From a virus, in the IMG/VR virus record IMGVR_UViG_3300047557_003310, positions 68,825 through 132,824 of that record: a stretch of 64,000 nucleotides of DNA; one strand, 5' to 3'. A program made the position numbers and the translations under genes. The notes under the pieces were generated by a model. That model was not told the origin of the DNA, ran no database searches, and worked only from the letters and a program-made list of their open reading frames with translations. Positions 47,758 through 57,772 of this stretch are shown in pieces (position 1 is the stretch's first letter; each line of letters opens with the position of its first letter).

Positions 47758-48393
47758 ATGAAATATTATTACATATACATGATCAGATTTTGCGATGGTA
47801 GATTTTATATCGGAAAAAGAACTTCAAAAGTTGAACCACATAAGGATACCAGATACATGGGATCTCCAGTAACATTTAAGTATTTGTGGGAAGATACCAG
47901 CTTAACTAAAACTAAGCACATCTTAAAACTTTGTAAAACCGAAAAGGAAATGATTGATCTTGAAGTTGAGATGATTAAAACTGGATGGGAAAAATTTCCA
48001 GATTTAATCTTAAATCGAAATGCAGCTCCAGCATTCCACATAGAAGCATGTGTAAGTGGCGGCAAAAAAGCTAAAGAACTTGGATTGGGTATTCATGGGT
48101 TGACAAAAGAACAACTAAGTTGCATGGGTAAAAAAAACGGTACAAGATCTAAAGAATTAGGCACAGGCATTCATGGTATGTCACCTGAAGAAAGGCAAGC
48201 TGCTAGTAGAAAGGGAAATATGGTTATTGCGGAGAAGTACGCTAAAGATTTTGTTCTAAAATCACCAGAAGGAGAAATAGTGGAGTCAAGAAATATTAAA
48301 AAATTTGCAAGAAATAATAATTTAGATCCAAGTCACGTTAGAAAAGTACTTTATGGTAAACTTAATCACCACAAGGGATGGACATTACCATGA
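47758..48393 (+). CDS. Putative Seg-like GIY-YIG homing endonuclease
   Basis: YYIYMIRF.DGRFYIGKR..YMGS; GIHG repeats; C-terminal HTH and HHKGW. Confidence 0.75.
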   Translation: MKYYYIYMIRFCDGRFYIGKRTSKVEPHKDTRYMGSPVTFKYLWEDTSLTKTKHILKLCKTEKEMIDLEVEMIKTGWEKFPDLILNRNAAPAFHIEACVSGGKKAKELGLGIHGLTKEQLSCMGKKNGTRSKELGTGIHGMSPEERQAASRKGNMVIAEKYAKDFVLKSPEGEIVESRNIKKFARNNNLDPSHVRKVLYGKLNHHKGWTLP

Positions 48394-48498
48394 TAAATTC
48401 CACTACTCCTTATAAATATGCTGAAATCATAAGAGACACTTGGCCAGGTCTTTACAGACGACCACAAGTACCATATAATAATCAAAAGACATCTAAAA

Positions 48499-48810
48499 AT
48501 GAAAAAGTACAATAGTGAAGATTATTTCTCAGTTATCGACAAAAAAACTGGAAGGAAAATTGTAGATTGTGGTGATGAGCTAGATGCTATTGCAATGGTT
48601 TCATTTGATCCACAGAATCGCACCATCACAAGAAATAAGTTTATGATGGGTCCTGTGGTAGACCTTGAAATGCCAAAGGCACTTCCTACAAATGAGGTTG
48701 TTGCTGTTCATACAGTAAATGCAGAAAAATTTGATGAATATTTTGATAATTCACTGAAACCAAATCAATCTAAATTACCAGAAGGAAAACAAAAACCAGT
48801 GATTATATGA
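48499..48810 (+). CDS. Hypothetical protein
   Basis: 103-aa ORF. Confidence 0.6.
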   Translation: MKKYNSEDYFSVIDKKTGRKIVDCGDELDAIAMVSFDPQNRTITRNKFMMGPVVDLEMPKALPTNEVVAVHTVNAEKFDEYFDNSLKPNQSKLPEGKQKPVII

Positions 48811-49092
48811 ATCACTGCAAAAGAAAACAAGAAAAAAAAAATCAAAGAAAATGTATACTCCAGAAGGATACATTTCAGATCCACCAGATGCAGTATGTCC
48901 ACATTGTGGAAAAAAACAAAAGTCTTGTTCTTATTTAAATAATCTAAGCCGTATTTGGGCAAGGAGCGACTGTGCTAAAAAGAATTCAAAAATATCTTGA
49001 AAGAGATAAAGATATTTCATATCATATAGAGTTTATTTACATCTATATTACCATCAAAGAAACTATAGATATTATAAGTTCCCATTTAAAGA

Positions 49093-49461
49093 ATGCAACT
49101 TTACAATTCATCAGAAGACTATCTTTACAACCTAGAAACATCATCTCCATCAGAAGCGAGAAGATTGTGGAGAAAATCAATTAAAGAAAAATGGGAACAC
49201 AAATGTGCTTATTGTGAATCTGAAGAAAATCTAACAATAGATCACATCATACCACAAGCAAAAGGTGGAACAGATCACATCACAAATGTAGTTTGTGCAT
49301 GTGAGTCTTGCAATCGATCTAAGGCACATGATGATTTTTATGATTGGTTCTACAGACAGCAATTTTATTCAGATGCAAAACTTGATGAAATTGAAAAATG
49401 GAGAACACAATTATCAAGACAAGAATTAAAAGTTTATCGACCTCGTAAAAACATAGTATGA
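49093..49461 (+). CDS. HNH endonuclease (McrA-like)
   Basis: CAYC..LTIDHIIPQAKGG..NVVCACESCNRSK. Confidence 0.88.
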   Translation: MQLYNSSEDYLYNLETSSPSEARRLWRKSIKEKWEHKCAYCESEENLTIDHIIPQAKGGTDHITNVVCACESCNRSKAHDDFYDWFYRQQFYSDAKLDEIEKWRTQLSRQELKVYRPRKNIV

Positions 49462-49673
49462 AAGAAGGATTTGTTACACAAGATTATTATGCTGCAATTC
49501 CATTCGGTAAAAAGCAGCTAATGATAATCTTTAATGGGCAGCAATTAGAAGTTGTCAATACTGAACTACAAGCAAAAAAATTTATTGAAGCGCATAGATC
49601 AACATTAGCAGGAGTAGGTACAGTTTTTGTTGGAAGTGAAGATAAGCCTAAAAGTAAAAGAAAAGCCAGATAA
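49458..49673 (+). CDS. Hypothetical protein
   Basis: 71-aa ORF, ATGA overlap. Confidence 0.6.
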   Translation: MKEGFVTQDYYAAIPFGKKQLMIIFNGQQLEVVNTELQAKKFIEAHRSTLAGVGTVFVGSEDKPKSKRKAR

Positions 49674-49696
49674 ATACCTGTTAATAGGAGAATATT

Positions 49697-50008
49697 ATGC
49701 TCTCAACTCAAGTAAGACTTCGTTTGGAAAAAATTGCTGATTCCATTAAAAGGGGAGACGAAGTAAGTTTAGAAGATATGATTTTTGCTGAAAAATGGTC
49801 TAATGTAAATCGTTCTGCTGCGGAAATTATAAGAAAAGCAAGAAGAATAGCAATACAAGGTGAAGGCGAAAAAGGTAGTTTAGACGAATTTATGCAGATC
49901 ATGGATTTAGGTAATCCTGATCCATCTACTCATTTAGATTCAAGTATGGATGTTGATGATCTCTACAATTTTTTTAAAAGTGATGATGATTCCATGCGAA
50001 GAGACTAA
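49697..50008 (+). CDS. Conserved cyanophage hypothetical protein
   Basis: MLSTQVRLRLE...LDEFM..MDLG.PDP; SD GGAG. Confidence 0.7.
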   Translation: MLSTQVRLRLEKIADSIKRGDEVSLEDMIFAEKWSNVNRSAAEIIRKARRIAIQGEGEKGSLDEFMQIMDLGNPDPSTHLDSSMDVDDLYNFFKSDDDSMRRD

Positions 50009-50230
50009 ATGTTAGATATTACAAAACACATAAACTAAAATGGATTACCAAAATAAAAACCTAGCAGCGATTGATCTTCTTATAGAGGATCTTAAAACTC
50101 CACATAGTGATATTAGAATTCAAGCAAAAACTCAACAATGTGAAAATGAGTTGTCAATTTTTCAAAATCTTGTGCTAGAATATCTACACAATACTAGATT
50201 GACCCTTGATGGTCAATCTAAATTATAGTC

Positions 50231-50497
50231 ATGAACACATACCAATCAACTATTTTAATTGTATTTGGGATCATTGTTTACATGATGATCGTGGATAAAA
50301 ATGTATCCGATGGGATAAATTTGTCATTTAAATTAATTTTGGTTAAAATAGAAAGATTATATTGGATGATTCGTTTTCATCCACAGAATCCTATAACAAA
50401 TTTTATCATGAAGCGCAAATATGAAAAACTGGCACAAGAGCTACACGAGGAGTTGACAAATCAAAAAAAATCTGGTAAGGTAGAATCTGAAGTTTGA
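50231..50497 (+). CDS. Small membrane-associated hypothetical protein
   Basis: N-terminal hydrophobic helix; HPQNPI motif. Confidence 0.6.
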   Translation: MNTYQSTILIVFGIIVYMMIVDKNVSDGINLSFKLILVKIERLYWMIRFHPQNPITNFIMKRKYEKLAQELHEELTNQKKSGKVESEV

Positions 50498-50502
50498 AAA
50501 CC

Positions 50503-51105
50503 ATGAGTACCGATTCCAATTCGATTGACCTAAAGTCACTTCAATCGAGAATTAACGAAATTAAAAAGGAAGGAGAAGAGATCACCGATTTTACTTATGA
50601 TTTTCTTGAGTGTCTAATGGAAAGACATGATCTAAACGAGTGTCTTCCAGAAGATATTGAGTTAGAAGATATTCCAGACCATATCATTGACACTTTACGA
50701 AAAGGTAAAATCCCAACCAAAGAAGAACTAATTTTAATTTCTCCTGATGTTCAAAATTTTATGTGTTTTGAATTAATTTGGATTTGTGGTATGGGTGCAA
50801 TTGCCTCTTATGGTGCTGATGAGGATGGAAATGAAGAAGAAGGAATTCCTAGCACATTTGATACCATTCTTGCCATGAGAGATGTCAGTGCTGCACATAA
50901 TGTTGCCTCATATATTATTGCAGTTCTTGCTCTTTTAATGTCTCAAATTCCATCAGAAGAGATGATCGAAAGCATCACTAATAATTTTGATGATAGTGAG
51001 GCACAAGTCCAGGCTAACATGGATAATTTTGTTGAATTTGCATCTGCAATCATTACACGATACCGAGAGGATAAAGCTTATTATGGAACACCAAAAGAAT
51101 CCTGA
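50503..51105 (+). CDS. Acidic hypothetical protein
   Basis: About 200-aa ORF, Asp/Glu-rich. Confidence 0.65.
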   Translation: MSTDSNSIDLKSLQSRINEIKKEGEEITDFTYDFLECLMERHDLNECLPEDIELEDIPDHIIDTLRKGKIPTKEELILISPDVQNFMCFELIWICGMGAIASYGADEDGNEEEGIPSTFDTILAMRDVSAAHNVASYIIAVLALLMSQIPSEEMIESITNNFDDSEAQVQANMDNFVEFASAIITRYREDKAYYGTPKES

Positions 51106-51313
51106 AGAGATCAATTGGATTGACGATGCTTTTAAGGTAGAGAAAGCTCGTTGGGGAACCTGGAAAAGTACAGACAAAGAAGGTAACGGAGTTATTACTA
51201 GCCTTACCGAAGAGGATTGTATTCGAGCAACTCGATGGTATCTTAAAAAGAAACAAGAGGGTTGGGATGAGGAATCTACTGTACACCAAGGAAGTGTTGA
51301 ATATAAACTATGA
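51083..51313 (+). CDS. Conserved cyanophage hypothetical protein
   Basis: WIDDAF.VE...CIRATRWYLK..QE. Confidence 0.6.
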   Translation: MEHQKNPEEINWIDDAFKVEKARWGTWKSTDKEGNGVITSLTEEDCIRATRWYLKKKQEGWDEESTVHQGSVEYKL

Positions 51314-51439
51314 GCGATACGGATCCTACTGCTCCTTGGTTTGAGTTTGTATCTTATATTAGGTGTTGCGAATCTCTTGGTGTAACTCCTAGTATGAATA
51401 GATTTCTTGCTTACAACCGTTATTATAAATCAGTTTTAA

Positions 51440-52763
51440 ATGACAAAGAAAAAACCAGTTAAACTAAAACCACAGGCTAAAAGAGAAAAACCTAAAGAGG
51501 AAGTTGTAATTGAGACTTTGCCATTTCATGAAACCTTTCCTATAAAACTTGTACATAAGGATGGTAAAGAGGATAAAGTTTGTTACTTTGTTTGTAAAGA
51601 ACATCTAGACAAATACATGTCTCGTTACAAGTTAAATAAAAAGGGATGTCAAATTTCTAAAACTGAACCTAAAAAACCTGAATATGACTAGCTATAAAGA
51701 TTTTGATGATTGGTTTTATGAAGAAGGAGAATACATCAATAGATCAGATAAGTTCTTTAATGATACCCAGTGCCCAGATCCATTTGTAAAAAGAAAAGTT
51801 TTAACAGAATGGTTACAGACCGCATGGAAACTAGGACATGAATCAAGAGAAAAAACAAAAATCTAAAAATGCCTGGAGATGGTGGGCAAAAGCATTGGGA
51901 GAAAAGGCATCAAAATGCGATCGTGAGTCTGATAAAATTGCAGTCATAAGATCTATAATCTTTTTTACTTATCTTATTACAAATTGTTTTATTATTGCTG
52001 GAGTAGTTCGACATTGGAATGATGTAGAGTATACTGTACCAACAATCAACAAAAACCAATGAAATACCGAGTAGTAGAACAAGCAGATTTATCGGGAGAA
52101 GTCTGCTTCTTTCCTCAATATAAAAAATTTTTTATTTGGTGGAACTTCATGGAAATGGAAGTTTTCCCAAAAATGGTTAAATTTTATTCATTAGAATCGG
52201 CAACAAAATTTATTAAAAAGCAACTAAAAAACCCTGAAAAAAAATTTTACTATATTGAAAATGATTGAAGAATTAATTGACTTGGTTGTAAATGATCCAA
52301 CTGAGAATAATAAAAACCAGTTTGAAGTTCAGTTAAATTCATTAGAATATTCTTTGTTGGTAGAGGCAGAAAATTTCCCAAAAAAATCTCAGGAGTATTT
52401 TGATTGTAGGAGAAAAGCATTTTCAGTTCGTCCTGAATATGCTAAAATCATGTTAAACAAATGGGTGTCTAAGTATAAATCAACGAATGGATGTCCAGTT
52501 AATTATGAGATGACATTAAATATTCCATTTAGACAGATTAAAAAACCATGAATTTTTTTGATAAGTTTTTAAAAGATTATGAGGATGTAAATCTAAAAAT
52601 TACTGATGAAGTAACTGGAGTTGAATATTCTTTAATGGATACTATTGTAAATATCATTCGAAGACTTGATGAACAAGAAAAAAGAATTACAACTCTCGAA
52701 TCAGAATCAGTTGAAACTTCTAATGTAATATACGAAATATATAATACAATTGAAAAATATTAG
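51440..52763 (+). other. Run of six small overlapping hypothetical ORFs (51440-51691, 51684-51866, 51838-52062, 52059-52268, about 52261-52551, 52548-52763)
   Basis: Head-to-tail ORFs of 60-98 aa with overlapping starts and stops. Confidence 0.6.
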
Positions 52764-52830
52764 GTACGGATTTCTCGACTAGGATTTATTTGTAAATCTG
52801 CTAAAATAATAGTATACAAAAAGGAGAATT

Positions 52831-53070
52831 ATGGCATTATCTAAAAATGTTATTGAAAATTTAGAAGAAGCAAAGGGATCTTTGAGAGCTGCTCTTGCAC
52901 ATGCTGCTCGATCTGAAAAATCCACAGTAAATTATAATATTTCTGAACTTCTTGTAGCTATCGATAGAATTATTAAATCTGAAGAGTTTTCAGATAAATT
53001 AGAAGAAATGATGGAAAAAATGAAAAAGGATGGTAATGGTGGACCGTCTTTTCTAGGGGGAATGTTTTAG
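52831..53070 (+). CDS. Conserved cyanophage hypothetical protein
   Basis: MALSKNV.E.L.EA...LRAALAHAARSE; SD AGGAG. Confidence 0.7.
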   Translation: MALSKNVIENLEEAKGSLRAALAHAARSEKSTVNYNISELLVAIDRIIKSEEFSDKLEEMMEKMKKDGNGGPSFLGGMF

Positions 53071-53294
53071 TAGTTAAATAAAATTGTAATAATAGAGTAC
53101 AAGATTTTATGTTAAGTGTTGAAGAATGGGATGAGCTAAATTCATTAAAAAATGCAATTGATGAATATCCTGCTACTGTACATCCAGAAAAGATGGAAAG
53201 ATTCACTGAACTATTTGTAAAAACATTGGAAGGGAAAGGAGATTTAGTACAAAAAGACGAACCAACTAATTATTAATAGACGAGGTTTAAAAAT

Positions 53295-53531
53295 ATGAAA
53301 TTTACAGTTTATTCAAAAAAAGGTTGTCCATACTGCGATAAGATTAAACAAGTTATGAAATTGTCTAATCTTGATCACGTTGTATATACATTGGATGAAA
53401 ATTTCACAAGAGATGAATTTTATTCTGAATTTGGAAAAGGATCAACATTTCCGCAAGTTATAATGAATGAGCATCATCTTGGTGGATGTACAGATACTGT
53501 TCAATACCTAAAAGAAAAAGGAATTGTTTAA
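53295..53531 (+). CDS. nrdC: Glutaredoxin
   Basis: CPYC, TFPQV, LGGCTD. Confidence 0.92.
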   Translation: MKFTVYSKKGCPYCDKIKQVMKLSNLDHVVYTLDENFTRDEFYSEFGKGSTFPQVIMNEHHLGGCTDTVQYLKEKGIV

Positions 53532-53876
53532 ATGTACGAATATTGTTATGATGTAGAAAAAGCAATTGATTATGCTTTTGTTGAGCAAAAATTTGTAATG
53601 AATTTCTATCAGTATTTGAAAGGCAAAGATGCAAAAAGAATTGAAACTCAACAATTCTTGAACAGTATCACAGCAATTAATTTAAAATATCTAATACTTG
53701 AATTAGATGAATATTTAGAGGGAGGTCAAGATAATTCCCATAAGCAACTTAGAGAAGCATATGGGCATTTATCCAAGCCTTTTGTCAGAAAGATTCGTAA
53801 TTATGTTAATTCAATTCTAATTGATGCTGAAAAATACATACATGACAAAAAACCAGGAAGAAAGAAAAAGACCTAA
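53532..53876 (+). CDS. Conserved cyanophage hypothetical protein
   Basis: DVEKAIDYAF...QLREAYGHL. Confidence 0.7.
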   Translation: MYEYCYDVEKAIDYAFVEQKFVMNFYQYLKGKDAKRIETQQFLNSITAINLKYLILELDEYLEGGQDNSHKQLREAYGHLSKPFVRKIRNYVNSILIDAEKYIHDKKPGRKKKT

Positions 53877-54040
53877 AATAAATAGAGGTATGGAGCTAAT
53901 GCTCCGAAATATAAAAAAAATAGAGGAGGAACCAAAATTTTTTAGTTTTATCTATGCTAAAATGGTTTCACTTTTTAGGAGAGAACTTCATTTTCGCGTA
54001 GAGATTCACTTAAAGAAAAGAAGTTCTTAGGAGAAAGAAT

Positions 54041-54268
54041 ATGTTGGCAACAAGTTTAGTTTTTGGTTCATTTTTAATCGTTATGTTTTTTATTGTTGGG
54101 ATGATGGGAGGATGGATAGCTAGAGAATATATGATGAATTATCGTGAGATTCCAAAACTTCATCCAGAGTTCTATGATGACAATGGTAATATAATCCCAG
54201 ATGAAGTTGTTGCGATATCATTTAATCCCGAATATTTTGATGATGAATTTGATGAAGATGACGACTAA
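54041..54268 (+). CDS. Small membrane protein
   Basis: Hydrophobic helix then HPEFYDDNG. Confidence 0.7.
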   Translation: MLATSLVFGSFLIVMFFIVGMMGGWIAREYMMNYREIPKLHPEFYDDNGNIIPDEVVAISFNPEYFDDEFDEDDD

Positions 54269-54312
54269 ATAAAATTGCCTATTTTAATGTATATTAATAT
54301 TACTTGATTGAT

Positions 54313-54870
54313 ATGACAACTACTAAAATGAAAAAGACTGAGCAACAGTTACCAAAATTACAGCCAAATCCATTTCAACATGAAATTCTTGAATTAGTTT
54401 CAAAGCAAAGAACAAAAGAAAAAAAGATAGAAGTTCTTAGAGAGTATCGCAATGATGCTCTCGTTTCTATTTTGATTTGGAATTTTGATGATAGTATTCG
54501 TTCTTCGTTACCTGAAGGTCCTGTTCCATATTCAAGCGTACAAGATCAGACTTCTGGTAATGATACGTTATCTAATACTATAGATAAACAACTTAATAAT
54601 CCCCAAGTTATAGATTCATATAGTAATGGACAAAGAACTTCTCTTAGAAGAGAAGCTGGTATTTTTTATAACTTTATTGAAGGTGGTAATAATGATATTT
54701 CAAAAATTAGAAGAGAAACTATGTTTATCAATCTTCTAGAAGGATTACATCCTCTAGAAGCGGAAATTTTAATTTTAACAAAAGATAAACAACTTGCATC
54801 TAAATATAAAATATCTCTTCCTATTATTAGTGAAGCATATCCTGACATTCAATGGGGAGGAAGATCATGA
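54313..54870 (+). CDS. Conserved T4-like phage hypothetical protein
   Basis: LIWNFD...LPEG.VPY...RRETMFINLLEGLHP.EAE. Confidence 0.75.
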   Translation: MTTTKMKKTEQQLPKLQPNPFQHEILELVSKQRTKEKKIEVLREYRNDALVSILIWNFDDSIRSSLPEGPVPYSSVQDQTSGNDTLSNTIDKQLNNPQVIDSYSNGQRTSLRREAGIFYNFIEGGNNDISKIRRETMFINLLEGLHPLEAEILILTKDKQLASKYKISLPIISEAYPDIQWGGRS

Positions 54871-55202
54871 AAACCATTGCTAAGAAGGATAAGATGGAAG
54901 AATGGACAAAGGAAGAAAAACAACAAATAAATTTATTTTATGGTTGCGAAATTCTTTATGAAAAGGCAACTATTGAGCAAATTAAAGATTCTTCTTCTCC
55001 CAGTGATGCATATCTTGTTTACTATGAAACTGATAGTAAAAAATATGTAGATGTCTGTAGGGGAAGAAAACGAGCAGATATTTTCGATTTATATTATGAT
55101 AAATATAAAGAAAAAAAATTGAAGAAGATAGATTTTGGATATGGTAAAGTCAATCCAAGAATCTGGGGATATAAGCCATCTGAAAATAAAAAAAGGAAAT
55201 GA
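54867..55202 (+). CDS. Conserved cyanophage hypothetical protein
   Basis: IFDLYYDKY...GKVNPRIWG. Confidence 0.65.
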   Translation: MKTIAKKDKMEEWTKEEKQQINLFYGCEILYEKATIEQIKDSSSPSDAYLVYYETDSKKYVDVCRGRKRADIFDLYYDKYKEKKLKKIDFGYGKVNPRIWGYKPSENKKRK

Positions 55203-55387
55203 GTAACGGTTTTAATAATAAAGAGCCTAATATAATAATCTATAAAGATGAAGTAAACGAGCTCTTAAAAAAATATAAAAAAATTAAAAAATATATGAAG
55301 TCTTCTTTATATCAAGTTAAAACTATGGATGGAACTGAATCATTAGTTTCTGATCTTATAAAAGAATATGAAGAGGATCCAATGTAA
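55199..55387 (+). CDS. Hypothetical protein
   Basis: 62-aa ORF coupled to speD (TAATG). Confidence 0.6.
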   Translation: MSNGFNNKEPNIIIYKDEVNELLKKYKKIKKYMKSSLYQVKTMDGTESLVSDLIKEYEEDPM

Positions 55388-55713
55388 TGGGAAAGCATTA
55401 TCTACTTAATTTGTATGGATGCTCGTTTGTTCTTTTGGACGACGAGCGTTGTCTTATAGATTTATTAGAAAACGCAGCAGAAGCGAGTGGTGCAACTGTA
55501 GTTCAAACAATTTCTAAAAAATTTGAACCGCAAGGAGTTACTGTATTGTGCCTATTGTCAGAAAGTCATATATCAATTCACACTTGGCCTGAAGAAGGTA
55601 AAGCAGCAGTAGATGTTTATACTTGTGGAGATTGCAATCCAAAGATTGGTTGTGATATAATTATCCAGCAATTGTATGCTAATAACCATACACTAAGTTA
55701 TATTGAAAGATAA
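55387..55713 (+). CDS. speD: S-adenosylmethionine decarboxylase proenzyme
   Basis: MGKH, FEPQGVT, LSESHISIHTWPE, DVYTCG. Confidence 0.92.
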   Translation: MGKHYLLNLYGCSFVLLDDERCLIDLLENAAEASGATVVQTISKKFEPQGVTVLCLLSESHISIHTWPEEGKAAVDVYTCGDCNPKIGCDIIIQQLYANNHTLSYIER

Positions 55714-55715
55714 AT

Positions 55716-55731
55716 TGTAACAAAAGTTACA
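55716..55731. promoter_or_regulatory. Putative NtcA binding site
   Basis: TGTA-ACAAAAGT-TACA matches TGTA-N8-TACA. Confidence 0.55.
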
Positions 55732-55773
55732 AAAGAACTTTACTATATAACCTAACAGGTCTATAATGACCTT

Positions 55774-55870
55774 ACGTTCATCCCAAATGGGACGGAAGTA
55801 AGCCGACGCGGAACGGAACGTTCATTCGCTATTCGCAAATAGCGAACGCAAACGCCGACTGAAGGAACGC
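55774..55870 (+). ncRNA. Glutamine riboswitch-like RNA (glnA/Downstream-peptide class), two CGTTCA units
   Basis: CGTTCA-TCCC..GGGA-CGGAAGTAAG...GGAACG and CGTTCA-TTCGCTATT..AATAGCGAA-CGCAA.CGCCGACTGAAGGAACGC; TATAAT just upstream; YRG-peptide gene downstream. Confidence 0.75.
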
Positions 55871-55901
55871 TCTTTAACCTAAAAAACTAAGGAGAACCCT
55901 A

Positions 55902-56039
55902 ATGTCTAAAGTAGTATATCGTGGTGTAGAATATGACACCCAAAAGCGTCTTGAATATCAACAACAAATGATGCAACAACCTCAACAATACAACGAAACC
56001 TATCGTGGTGTTAAGTTTGTAAAGGAGGGGCACAAATGA
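55902..56039 (+). CDS. DUF4278-like peptide (45 aa)
   Basis: SD AAGGAG; MSKVVYRGVEY...TYRGVKF with two YRG motifs; absent from ORF track. Confidence 0.8.
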   Translation: MSKVVYRGVEYDTQKRLEYQQQMMQQPQQYNETYRGVKFVKEGHK

Positions 56040-56137
56040 ATACTTACTTTGTTCGCTATCTTAAGAAAAAAGCAAAGAAGGAAAAACTTCTTAAAGATGC
56101 ACAATTAAATATGGCAAAACAGCCACAAGTTGCATAA
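56036..56137 (+). CDS. 33-aa basic peptide
   Basis: SD AAGGAGG, ATGA overlap; MNTYFVRYLKKKAKKEKLLKDAQLNMAKQPQVA. Confidence 0.55.
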   Translation: MNTYFVRYLKKKAKKEKLLKDAQLNMAKQPQVA

Positions 56138-56201
56138 ATTACTGGAGGATTGACAATCCTCCTTTTTTTGTGTAAAATGGGTAGACAAACTCATAGGATA
56201 A

Positions 56202-56575
56202 ATGAATCGAAAGAAAATAGAACTCATCATAAAAAATATGGAGTTACTCATTGAATCTTTGAAATTAGAATTAAAAGAGCCTAAACAATATAAAGAGGAT
56301 AATGTAATTAAGATAGAAGATATTTTAAAATCCTCTCAAATTCCAGTTGACGAATATGACCCAGATTATTATGAGGAACCCTAATGTACGAAGAATTAAC
56401 TGCATTTGAAAGAGCACTTGCTAGGTTTGGAGATAAAGTTCAATATGTAGTTGGACTTGAGATCTCTGATAAAATGTCTCCAGAGGTTGCATATCAGGAG
56501 ATTAAAGAGATGATGAAGGAACTTAAAAAACTTCGTAAAAAAGAAAAAGATACTTGGGAGAACGAAAAAGAATGA
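56202..56575 (+). other. Two small hypothetical ORFs (56202-56384, 56384-56575)
   Basis: Coupled 60- and 63-aa ORFs upstream of thyX. Confidence 0.6.
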
Positions 56576-57324
56576 AACCAATTAAAGCAAAAGACCTACT
56601 TGAGCTAGATAAAAATCTTGAAGTTGTAATGCTTCAATGTTATACATTACCAGAACAAGTCATTTATCAGGCAGGAAAATGTGATTATTCTGAAACACCT
56701 ATTCACAATCAGCAAATTCCAAAACCAAGTGAATGTGGTGAATGGGTGGTAGAGCGTCTTCTAAGCAACGAAAAAGGCCACTGGGGGCCGCTAGAACACC
56801 CTTCCATTACCTTTTCCGTTTCTGGGTATGTTCACAATGTTGCAATGCAAGCAAGGACTCATAGAGTTGGAGTTAGCTTTGATGTTCAATCGCAACGTTA
56901 TACTGGAAAACGAGTTATTAAAGTTGCTAGTGGAGAACTAAAACCAGAAGATGTGTTTTTCGTTCGCCCTCCAGGATTCTATACAAATCGTTATGGTAAG
57001 AAATATGATTGGACTCAAGAAGATTATGATGACGAATTGAGTTGGATTGTAGAAGGTTGTAAGCGTTATGCAACAAAATACGAAAAAGGAATGTGTGAAG
57101 AACACATTAGGGACTATCTTGCACAAGCAATTCGTCAGAACTTTGTGGTTTCTTTTAACCTACGCTCTGTTCTTCACATTATGGATCTTCGAGCAAAGAT
57201 GGATGCACAATTAGAAATTCAAGCACTATGTGAACAATTTGTTCCCCACCTTGAAAAGTGGGCACCTAATGTTTGGAAATATTACCAAGAAAAGCGTCTA
57301 CATAAAGCAAGACTATCTCCATAA
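56572..57324 (+). CDS. thyX: Flavin-dependent thymidylate synthase
   Basis: GHWGPLEH, QARTHRVGVSFDVQSQRY, NLRS..H..DLR...AQLEI. Confidence 0.9.
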   Translation: MKPIKAKDLLELDKNLEVVMLQCYTLPEQVIYQAGKCDYSETPIHNQQIPKPSECGEWVVERLLSNEKGHWGPLEHPSITFSVSGYVHNVAMQARTHRVGVSFDVQSQRYTGKRVIKVASGELKPEDVFFVRPPGFYTNRYGKKYDWTQEDYDDELSWIVEGCKRYATKYEKGMCEEHIRDYLAQAIRQNFVVSFNLRSVLHIMDLRAKMDAQLEIQALCEQFVPHLEKWAPNVWKYYQEKRLHKARLSP

Positions 57325-57513
57325 ACAACAATGAAAAGTTGGTGCGTCAAAGACCATTTAACAGGTCATGTATTTAAGGTTCTTTTTACTGAAGAAGAAT
57401 TTCAAGATTTTCTAAAAAAATACCCTGATATTGATGAATGCATTGATTGTGCTGAGTGTGATGATGCACCTTCTCTTTGCATAGAATAAATATAAAAGAT
57501 ATTATACGGAGTT

Positions 57514-57771
57514 TTGATTTTGCCCATATATCCAATAATTAATAAAAAGACTGGTGAACAAAAGGAAATCACTTTGAGTATCCATGATTGGGATCAATGG
57601 AAACTAGATAATTCTGATTGGGAACGAGATTGGTCGGATCCCTCAACATGTCCAGGTTCTGGTGAAGTTGGCGATTGGAAGAATCGTTTGGTAAATAAGC
57701 ATCCTGGTTGGGGAGAAGTTTTGAAAAAAGCTGACAGATCAGGTGGAAGTAAATCAAAAATGCAATATTGA
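57514..57771 (+). CDS. Conserved T4-like hypothetical protein upstream of phoH
   Basis: PIYPIINKKTGE...GWGEVLKK; TTG start uncertain. Confidence 0.65.
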   Translation: MILPIYPIINKKTGEQKEITLSIHDWDQWKLDNSDWERDWSDPSTCPGSGEVGDWKNRLVNKHPGWGEVLKKADRSGGSKSKMQY

Positions 57772-57772
57772 T

